A DNA stretch of 32,000 bases from Aliivibrio fischeri ES114 (GTDB lineage Bacteria > Pseudomonadota > Gammaproteobacteria > Enterobacterales > Vibrionaceae): assembly GCF_000011805.1 (NCBI RefSeq), contig NC_006840.2. One strand, written 5' to 3'. The position numbers and the translations under genes were made by a program. Shown here in pieces: positions 25,575-32,000 of the stretch (position 1 is its first letter; each line of letters starts with the position of its first letter). Under the pieces are notes generated by a model, which did not search any database, was not told where the DNA came from, and worked only from the letters and a program-made list of their open reading frames with translations.

Positions 25575-25970
25575 GGCAAAACGACGTTTCTTTATCCTTA
25601 ATTTATCATTTGTTTTTTTGCTTTATTTCCCTTTCTAATTATATCGTTTCCTTCCTTTGATGCAGCTGCCAACCAGCGCTTCTCTGATTAAATACATACC
25701 TCACAATAGTATTAATACGCACCTATAGAACGGCCAGATACCGTTTTATTGGATTGTATTTATCTATCTAATCGTTTGCTTGAAATAGGTAAGTTAAATC
25801 GTAGTACTTAAGATTTTTAAAGAGGCTGCGATGAAAACGCTCAACATTTAAACTCTTAAAAGTGAGACCTAGAGCCAAGAAGTATAAAAAAACAACACTC
25901 AGAACAATAGTTTAGTACGTCTATAAATAGGCCTTTTCATTATTATTTTCCCTGTTTTCCATGTTTTGTA

Positions 25971-25994
25971 AGTAAATTACATAGCTAATTTACT
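25971..25994. repeat. Perfect 9-6-9 inverted repeat in the zapC-rlmL gap (candidate dimeric regulator site)
   Basis: AGTAAATTA (25971..25979), spacer CATAGC, TAATTTACT (25986..25994). It is AT-rich, so a chance occurrence is not negligible. Confidence 0.35.
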
Positions 25995-26207
25995 GTTGGT
26001 ATAGTCCAGATTTTGCGGCGGGTATTGCGCTATTTTGCGTTTCTTTGTGGAAACGAAGCTTGGGCTTGATCTCTTGTTTGATTAATAAGTTTTTGTTTTA
26101 AAAGAAATTAAGTGGATAAAAGAGTTGTCATTTATCTGCTATCTAAATGTCCTATTTCATATAGATTCATGTATAATGCGAGGCAATTTAATAACGAAAA
26201 GAATCCC

Positions 26208-28325
26208 ATGAAAAAATACTTAGCCATTACTTCTAAAGGCCTTGAAAACTTACTTGCAGATGAACTGATTGCACTTGGTGTGACTGACCCTAAAGTGGTT
26301 CACGCTGGTGTTAAATTCGAAGCACCAATCGAGGTCGTTTATCGTTGTTGTTTGTGGAGCCGTATTGCTTCACGTTTCATTCAAATTCTTTCTGAGTTCG
26401 ATGTCCGTGATGATATGGACTTATACCTAGGCGCATCTTCAATTAACTGGCCTAGTTATTTCTCTGCTGATAAAACGCTAGTGGTGGACTTTAACGGTAC
26501 TAACCGTGAGATTCGAAATAGCCAATACGGTGCATTAAAAGTAAAAGATGCAATTGTTGACCGTTTTACAAAAGCGGACTTAGCGCGTCCAAATATCAGT
26601 AAAGTAGAACCAGACTTACGTGTTCATATGCGTTTATCAGGCGAGAAAGGGATTCTTGGCTTTGATTTAGTGGGTTCGGGTTTGCACCAACGAGGCTACC
26701 GTACTGAAGCCGGTCGTGCGCCACTTCGTGAAACTCTAGCAGCAGCACTTGTTATGCGTAGTACATGGGATGAGTCAAAACCTCTACTAGATCCAATGTG
26801 TGGTTCTGGTACCTTACTGATTGAAGCGGCACTAATGGCATGTGAAATGGCTCCTGGTGTTAAGCGTGAGAAGTGGTGTTTTGAAGCACTAAATGATTTT
26901 GACGCTGAGCTTTGGGCTGAGATTCGTTCTGAGGCTCGTGTTAAGAGTCGCCGTGGCGTTAAGAAAGTAGATGCTCGTTTCTACGGCTTTGATCGTGATT
27001 ACCGTGTTATTCAAACCGCTCGTGAAAATGCGCGTCGTGCTGGTGTTGAAGATTTAATTACTTTTGATGTGGGCGATGCTACGAAAGTTGAGTGCCCAGA
27101 AGGGTTTGAGAATGGTGTTATTCTTTGTAACCCTCCTTATGGTGAGCGTCTAAGTACAGAGCCTGCATTGATTGCACTGTACAGCGAATTTGGTCGCCAA
27201 TTAAAAGAAGTATTTGGCGGTTGTACGGCATCTATCTATTCAAGCAATGATGATCTACTTGCTTGTTTACGTATGCGTGCAGATAAGCAATTTAAATTGA
27301 ACAATGGTGCATTACCTTGTGTTCAGAAGAACTACTCAATTACTGAATCTGCTGAACGTAAAGAAGCGGTAAGCATTGAAGTTGCTCCTGAGTTCATGAA
27401 CCGTCTTAAAAAGAACATTGGCAAGATTGGTAAATGGGCACGTAAAGAGAAGTTAGATTGTTACCGTATCTACGATGCTGACTTACCAGATTACAATGCA
27501 GCAATTGATGTTTATAAAGATTACATCATCATTCAAGAATACGCGGCACCAAAAACGATTTCAGAAGATAAAGCACGTCGTCGTTTAACGGATATGATCC
27601 GTGCAACGGTTCTAGTAACGGGTGTTGAAACTAATAACGTTATTTTAAAAGTTCGTCAAAAACAATCTGGTAAAAATCAGTATCAAAAACTGGCAGAGAA
27701 ATCTCGTTACTTTGATGTTGAAGAGTACGGTGTCAAACTGATTGTTAACCTACAAGATTACCTAGATACCGGTTTATTCTTAGACCATAAGTTGACTCGT
27801 AAAATGTTAGGTGAAATAGCAGCAGGAAAAGACTTCCTAAACCTATTTGCTTACACAGGTTCTGCAACTGTTCACGCTGCTTGTGGTGGTGCTAAATCTA
27901 CCATGACGATTGATATGTCTCGTACCTACTTAGAGTGGGCGCAGAAGAACATGAATACCAATGGTCAAACGGGTACACAACACCAGTTCTTGCAAGCTGA
28001 TTGTTTACAATGGTTACAACAAGCGGACGGTGAATTCGATTTAATCTTTATCGATCCACCAACGTTCTCTAACTCTAAGCGTATGGAACAAACGTTTGAT
28101 GTACAGCGTGATCACATTATGCTGCTTGAAAACTTAAAACGTATGCTACGTGAGAACGGTACTATTGTATTCTCTAACAACAAACGTAACTTCAAAATGG
28201 ATGAAGCAGGATTAGAGAAAGCAGGGCTTAAAGCGAAGAATATTTCTAAGCAAACTTTGCCTCTTGATTTTGCTCGTAACAAGCATATCCATAACTGTTG
28301 GATTATTACCCACAAGGAAGACTAA
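26208..28325 (+). CDS. rlmL: Bifunctional 23S rRNA methyltransferase RlmL/RlmKL (m2G2445 / m7G2069)
   Basis: 705 aa from the ATG at 26208; the 32-codon GTG extension in the track is rejected. Collinear with E. coli RlmL: [97 protein letters not shown]...[39 protein letters not shown]. Confidence 0.96.
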   Translation: MKKYLAITSKGLENLLADELIALGVTDPKVVHAGVKFEAPIEVVYRCCLWSRIASRFIQILSEFDVRDDMDLYLGASSINWPSYFSADKTLVVDFNGTNREIRNSQYGALKVKDAIVDRFTKADLARPNISKVEPDLRVHMRLSGEKGILGFDLVGSGLHQRGYRTEAGRAPLRETLAAALVMRSTWDESKPLLDPMCGSGTLLIEAALMACEMAPGVKREKWCFEALNDFDAELWAEIRSEARVKSRRGVKKVDARFYGFDRDYRVIQTARENARRAGVEDLITFDVGDATKVECPEGFENGVILCNPPYGERLSTEPALIALYSEFGRQLKEVFGGCTASIYSSNDDLLACLRMRADKQFKLNNGALPCVQKNYSITESAERKEAVSIEVAPEFMNRLKKNIGKIGKWARKEKLDCYRIYDADLPDYNAAIDVYKDYIIIQEYAAPKTISEDKARRRLTDMIRATVLVTGVETNNVILKVRQKQSGKNQYQKLAEKSRYFDVEEYGVKLIVNLQDYLDTGLFLDHKLTRKMLGEIAAGKDFLNLFAYTGSATVHAACGGAKSTMTIDMSRTYLEWAQKNMNTNGQTGTQHQFLQADCLQWLQQADGEFDLIFIDPPTFSNSKRMEQTFDVQRDHIMLLENLKRMLRENGTIVFSNNKRNFKMDEAGLEKAGLKAKNISKQTLPLDFARNKHIHNCWIITHKED

Positions 28326-28331
28326 GAGATA

Positions 28332-28574
28332 ATGATCACTCTCTATAGCACGGAAGGCTGCCACCTTTGCGAGCAAGCGTTTGACTTGCTTGTCGAGGTG
28401 GGTGTAGATATGGAACAAGTAGATACCGTCGATATTGCATTTAACGATGAGCTTTTCTCTCGTTACGGTGTCACTATTCCTGTAGTGGCGAATGGCTTAT
28501 CTGAGCTAAATTGGCCCTTTGATGCATCACAACTAAAGAATTGGTTAGAAGATAATGGCATTACTTACAATTAA
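28332..28574 (+). CDS. Glutaredoxin-like thioredoxin-fold protein (DUF836-like), CxxC = CHLC
   Basis: 80 aa: MITLYSTEGCHLCEQA...VDI..D.EL...YG.TIPV.....EL.WPFD...L. This fits my recollection of the DUF836 glutaredoxin-like family. It starts 6 nt after the rlmL stop, and its last 20 nt overlap the uup start. Confidence 0.75.
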   Translation: MITLYSTEGCHLCEQAFDLLVEVGVDMEQVDTVDIAFNDELFSRYGVTIPVVANGLSELNWPFDASQLKNWLEDNGITYN

Positions 28575-30465
28575 TAACGGACAACTGGCCTTTGGCGATC
28601 ATCCGTTATTAGATAAATCTGATTTCGCTTTACAAGAAAATGAGCGTGTTTGTTTGGTTGGTCGCAATGGTGCGGGTAAATCGACGCTTATGAAGGTAAT
28701 TGCTGGTGACATCATTATGGATGACGGCAAATTACAAATTAATCAAGATGTGGTGGTTTCACGTTTAGAGCAAGATCCACCTCGAAATGAAGCGGGAACG
28801 GTTTTTGACTACGTTTCTGAAGGATTAGCAGAGGCGGGTGAATATTTAAAAGAATATCACCGTCTGCTTGATCTACTAGAAACAGATCCAAGTGAATCAA
28901 ATATTAATAAGCTTTCTCGTGCTCAAGAAAAAATTGATCACCTAGGTGCTTGGCACTTTGATACCCGCATTAAATCAGTATTAGAATCATTAAAACTGGA
29001 CGGACATACACTTTTAACAGATTTATCTGGTGGCTGGCAGCGTAAAGCAGCACTTGCTCGTGCGTTAGTTTCTAATCCTGATGTTCTTCTTCTTGATGAA
29101 CCAACGAACCACTTAGATGTGACAACGATTGAATGGCTTGAAACTTTCTTAAAAGACTTTAAAGGTTCAATTATCTTTATTTCGCATGACCGTGCATTCA
29201 TTCAATCAATGGCGACACGTATTGTTGACTTGGATCGTGGTCAATTGTCTTCTTTCCCTGGTGATTATGAAGGTTATTTACTTGCGAAAGAAGAGATGCT
29301 GCGTGTAGAAGCAGAGCAGAATGCCCAATTTGATAAAGTGCTTGCTCAAGAAGAAGCATGGATCCGTGAAGGTATTAAAGCACGTCGTACCCGTAATGAG
29401 GGGCGTGTGCGTGCTTTAAAACAATTACGTCGAGAGCGTTCAGAACGTCGTGAAGTAATGGGTAAAGCGAACATTCAAGTGGATGAATCAAGTCGTTCAG
29501 GCAAGATTGTATTTGAAGCAGAAAAGATTAATTACGCAATTGAAGGTAAGACAATTGTTAAAAACTTCAGCTTTAATGTCATGCGTGGTGACCGTATCGC
29601 TTTAATTGGTCCAAATGGCTGTGGTAAGAGTACATTATTAAAACTGATGCTTGATCAATTACAACCTGATTCAGGTCGTTTGCATTGTGGTACTAAGCTA
29701 GAAGTGGCGTATTTTGACCAATACCGTGAAGCGTTAGACCCTGAAAAAACGGTAATTGATAACTTAGCCGATGGTAAGCAAGAAGTGACTGTGGGTGGCC
29801 GTGAGCGTCATGCATTAAGTTATTTACAAGATTTCTTATTCTCTCCAAAACGTGCTCGTCAACCAGTTAAAGCATTGTCTGGTGGTGAGAAAAACCGTTT
29901 ATTACTTGCTCGTTTATTCCTTCGTCCTAATAATTTATTGATTCTTGATGAACCAACCAATGATTTAGATATCGAAACATTGGAACTTTTAGAAGAATTA
30001 CTTGCCAATTATCAGGGTACGTTATTATTAGTAAGCCATGACCGTCAGTTTGTTGATAACACAGTTACGACAAGTTGGATCTTCGAAGGTGAGGGCCAGA
30101 TCGAAGAATTCGTAGGTGGTTATCACGATGCACAGCAACAACGTGCTAATGTACAGGCCGCTCGTGATGCAATGGCACCTAAAGTAACTAAGAAGAAGCC
30201 CGAAACTGTTGAAGTTAAAGAAACAGCAGTGCAAGCGAAACCAAAGAAATTATCTTATAAGTTGCAGCGTGAGCTTGAACAGCTACCTGAACTTTTAGAG
30301 AAACTAGAAAACGAAATTACAGAACTTCAAGAGAAAGTGAACGACGCAACTTTCTTCCAACAAGAGCCGAAGGTAACTGAACCTGTATTGGCTCGCTTGG
30401 CTCAAGCAGAGCAAGAGTTGGAAGTAGCATTCGAGCGTTGGGAAGAACTTGAAGCTCTACAATAG
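28555..30465 (+). CDS. uup: ABC-F family ATPase Uup
   Basis: 636 aa, collinear with E. coli Uup from the first residues (MALLTINNGQLAF here, MSLISMHGAWLSF in E. coli). It has two NBDs (GRNGAGKST with LSGGW..K; GPNGCGKST with LSGGEKNRLLLA), the inter-domain linker QEE.WIR.GIKARRTRNEGRVRAL, and the C-terminal coiled coil KLSYKLQRELEQLP. Confidence 0.96.
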   Translation: MALLTINNGQLAFGDHPLLDKSDFALQENERVCLVGRNGAGKSTLMKVIAGDIIMDDGKLQINQDVVVSRLEQDPPRNEAGTVFDYVSEGLAEAGEYLKEYHRLLDLLETDPSESNINKLSRAQEKIDHLGAWHFDTRIKSVLESLKLDGHTLLTDLSGGWQRKAALARALVSNPDVLLLDEPTNHLDVTTIEWLETFLKDFKGSIIFISHDRAFIQSMATRIVDLDRGQLSSFPGDYEGYLLAKEEMLRVEAEQNAQFDKVLAQEEAWIREGIKARRTRNEGRVRALKQLRRERSERREVMGKANIQVDESSRSGKIVFEAEKINYAIEGKTIVKNFSFNVMRGDRIALIGPNGCGKSTLLKLMLDQLQPDSGRLHCGTKLEVAYFDQYREALDPEKTVIDNLADGKQEVTVGGRERHALSYLQDFLFSPKRARQPVKALSGGEKNRLLLARLFLRPNNLLILDEPTNDLDIETLELLEELLANYQGTLLLVSHDRQFVDNTVTTSWIFEGEGQIEEFVGGYHDAQQQRANVQAARDAMAPKVTKKKPETVEVKETAVQAKPKKLSYKLQRELEQLPELLEKLENEITELQEKVNDATFFQQEPKVTEPVLARLAQAEQELEVAFERWEELEALQ

Positions 30466-30473
30466 GAAGTTAA

Positions 30474-32000
30474 ATGAGTAGTAAATTACAATTAACCACA
30501 TTAGCTGTTTTGGTGTCTGCTGCGCTTCCTGCGCAAGCAGCACTTTATAAAGTGGTGGAAGTAGCTCCAGGTGTTTCTGGTAATGAAGTATATGGAACAG
30601 CTATTCAACCAGGGGCCACAACTGATTCAAAAGGGTGTTTTGTTGATGATTGTGCTGAAGGGGCTAGTTATAAATTAGCAGGCGAAACTCGTAATCGTCC
30701 TGATGGTTTTTCATATCGTGAAGAAGTTCCTTTCGCAATGGACAATTCATTTGCGTACATTGAAGATGATTACGATGGTTTTGAAGATTACTGTTTCTAT
30801 CAATTAGGTTATGCTACGTGTGAATACTGGGCTTCTGATCGTTGGTCTAGTTGGTACAATGAGACATATAGTAGTAATACACCTAACTCATTAGCATTTA
30901 TTGAAGGTACAGCGGTTCTACCTACTGATGCGAAAAATACAGTGATTAATTCACTTAATTCATCTGGTTCAGCTATTGGTAATTACAGTACTGCAACCGT
31001 TCGTAATACTCCTATTAATGGGGACATTACGGGATGGAAACAAGGGCGTCAATGGGCAACAAATGGAACTTACAGTGTTGGAAGCGTCTCTTCTCGTACA
31101 GGTACTGGCGGCGAACGTTATTATTATTTTTCAAAACCAGCAGTATGGAATGGAACAACTTTAAATGCAGTTAAATGGGCATATAATGATCAACAAGATG
31201 GAGATTATTACGCTCAAGGTAGTATGCGTGATTTATATGTGGATGGAACAACTTTTTATGGTGTTGGCTATAACAACTATAAAGACCAACATATGAATGC
31301 AACTATTTTTAAAGGAACGACTACAGATTTAACTAATCTTAACTCAGTTCAAATTAATAATGCTCAAGTAGATATTAGTGGTGATAATATTCACTCTAAC
31401 TCGGTAGCTACCAATATTAATAAGAACTTAGTTGTGGTTGGTCAAGCAAAACGTTCTGGTGGTTACCCGAAAAATGGTGCCGCATCGAATCGTTTGTTCA
31501 TTGTTCCTGATGCATCAGCAAGTTCAATTAATGCTTCCTTCTTCTATGGTGGTATCTTCTTTGATGGTGCTGGTGGTGAAATGGGTGGTATTAACAATTA
31601 CAATGAAATTGTTGGTCGTATTGACTCTGAGAATCACCGTGAATACGATGGCAAGCAACGTCGTCAACGTGCATTTATTTACCCGTATGGTGTAACACCT
31701 AAAGTAACAGTTCCTGCAGAAGTAACAGCAATTAATGATCGTAAAGCTATCTTTAAAAATAAAGCTTGGCTTCTTGATGATCTAACAAATGGTGGTTCTG
31801 AAAGCAGTAACAATAACCAATATCGTATCTATGATGCCAGTGACATCAATGATGCTGGTGTTATCTCAGCAACAGCAGTGAAATGTTCTGGTGGTTATGA
31901 CTCTACATCACATAACGCATATTGTGGAGATGGTAACGGAACTGAAAAAGTTGTGGCGGTTAAGTTAGTTCCAATTGCAGGATCTGATGCTTCTGCGATA
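30474..32000 (+). CDS. Secreted protein, DUF3466-like with HAF-type extracellular repeat features; 5' 509 codons only, open at the right edge
   Basis: Absent from the ORF track because it has no stop in the window. The ATG at 30474 is preceded by AGGAAG, which overlaps the uup stop. The frame stays open for 509 codons to position 32000. Signal peptide MSSKLQLTTLAVLVSAALPAQA then ALYKVVEV. The protein is rich in G/N/Y/T/S, with Cys pairs (CFVDDC, CFYQLGYATC, C..14..C) and segments such as INNYNEIVGRI...RAFIYPYG and INDAGVISATA that recall the IN..G.vvG...hAF repeat. The two track ORFs at 30976 and 31432 are out-of-frame shadows. Confidence 0.75.
   Translation, partial: MSSKLQLTTLAVLVSAALPAQAALYKVVEVAPGVSGNEVYGTAIQPGATTDSKGCFVDDCAEGASYKLAGETRNRPDGFSYREEVPFAMDNSFAYIEDDYDGFEDYCFYQLGYATCEYWASDRWSSWYNETYSSNTPNSLAFIEGTAVLPTDAKNTVINSLNSSGSAIGNYSTATVRNTPINGDITGWKQGRQWATNGTYSVGSVSSRTGTGGERYYYFSKPAVWNGTTLNAVKWAYNDQQDGDYYAQGSMRDLYVDGTTFYGVGYNNYKDQHMNATIFKGTTTDLTNLNSVQINNAQVDISGDNIHSNSVATNINKNLVVVGQAKRSGGYPKNGAASNRLFIVPDASASSINASFFYGGIFFDGAGGEMGGINNYNEIVGRIDSENHREYDGKQRRQRAFIYPYGVTPKVTVPAEVTAINDRKAIFKNKAWLLDDLTNGGSESSNNNQYRIYDASDINDAGVISATAVKCSGGYDSTSHNAYCGDGNGTEKVVAVKLVPIAGSDASAI

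Noticed and set aside
25621-25720. Possible rmf (ribosome modulation factor) on the minus strand, prompted by a translated NQRSAGWQ resembling the E. coli RMF segment ..NQRSQWLGGW..
   Set aside because: The enclosing minus-strand ORF is only 20 codons (MYLIREALVGSCIKGRKRYN). It has no SD and lacks the rest of the RMF sequence, so the resemblance is coincidental.
25861-25885. Qrr-type quorum-sensing sRNA, prompted by GACCTAGAGCCAAGAAG vaguely resembling the conserved Qrr core (..CCTAGCCAACTGACG..)
   Set aside because: Only a few bases match, there is no sigma-54 promoter or terminator, and the gene is not next to luxO.
26112-26207. N-terminal extension of rlmL in the ORF track (GTG start, 32 codons)
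   Set aside because: Alignment with E. coli RlmL begins at [13 protein letters not shown] (the ATG at 26208). The extension is AT-rich and noncoding-like, and it contains the TGTATAAT promoter-like element.
16080-30234. Other nested ORFs (16080..16274, 16635..16931, 18797..18979, 19889..20071, 21209..21451, 21737..21922, 22442..22660, 22706..22999, 23865..24574 group, 28112..28418, 28938..29201, 30028..30234)
   Set aside because: These are shadow ORFs inside pepN, gdhB, pyrD, rlmL and uup, and no independent support is visible.
30976-31695. Track ORFs 30976..31164 and 31432..31695 (+)
   Set aside because: They are out of frame with, and wholly inside, the 509-codon open frame that starts at 30474 and has a signal peptide and SD.
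1-32000. Search for a defence island, mobile element, CRISPR array, toxin-antitoxin pair, tRNA/rRNA gene or other obvious accessory system
   Set aside because: No integrase, transposase, recombinase, nuclease-helicase pair, repeat-spacer array or tRNA-like T-loop motif was seen. Nearly every ORF of 60 aa or more that is not a shadow maps to a conserved housekeeping family. The only hint of accessory DNA is the truncated umuD at the extreme left edge.

Overview
AT-rich gammaproteobacterial chromosome window. Gene content and order look Vibrionaceae-like (Vibrio or Aliivibrio), judged from protein similarity recalled from memory, with no search run. It is mostly conserved housekeeping DNA. I recognise 21 protein genes and no rRNA, tRNA, CRISPR array, transposase or integrase. 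Left to right: the 5' end of umuD (minus strand, cut by the left edge) behind a perfect LexA box; an orphan periplasmic-binding-fold protein resembling cyclohexadienyl dehydratase PheC; a TSUP/TauE-like permease; efpL (yeiP); a ThrE-family exporter; rsmF; a minus-strand cluster of ABC exporter, letA and letB; msrC; proQ; prc; an orphan secreted protein; pepN; a DUF2835-like small ORF; the giant NAD-glutamate dehydrogenase gdhB; pyrD; zapC; a 633-bp ORF-free gap; rlmL; a DUF836 glutaredoxin-like ORF; uup; and the first 509 codons of a secreted DUF3466/HAF-repeat-like protein. That last gene is absent from the supplied ORF track because it runs off the right edge. Five track ORFs carry spurious N-terminal extensions, which I trimmed to better-supported ATG starts. 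Two gene blocks that are far apart in E. coli K-12 are adjacent here: prc-proQ-msrC-letAB-rsmF and pepN...pyrD-zapC-rlmL-uup. I do not see a defence island or a clearly novel multi-gene system. The best candidate for something undescribed is the MsbA-type ABC half-transporter inserted as the first gene of the letA-letB cluster. Secondary leads are the 633-bp noncoding gap, the DUF3466-like secreted protein packed against uup, the PheC-like orphan binding protein, and several palindromes in leader regions. All product calls rest on recalled motifs and recalled synteny.
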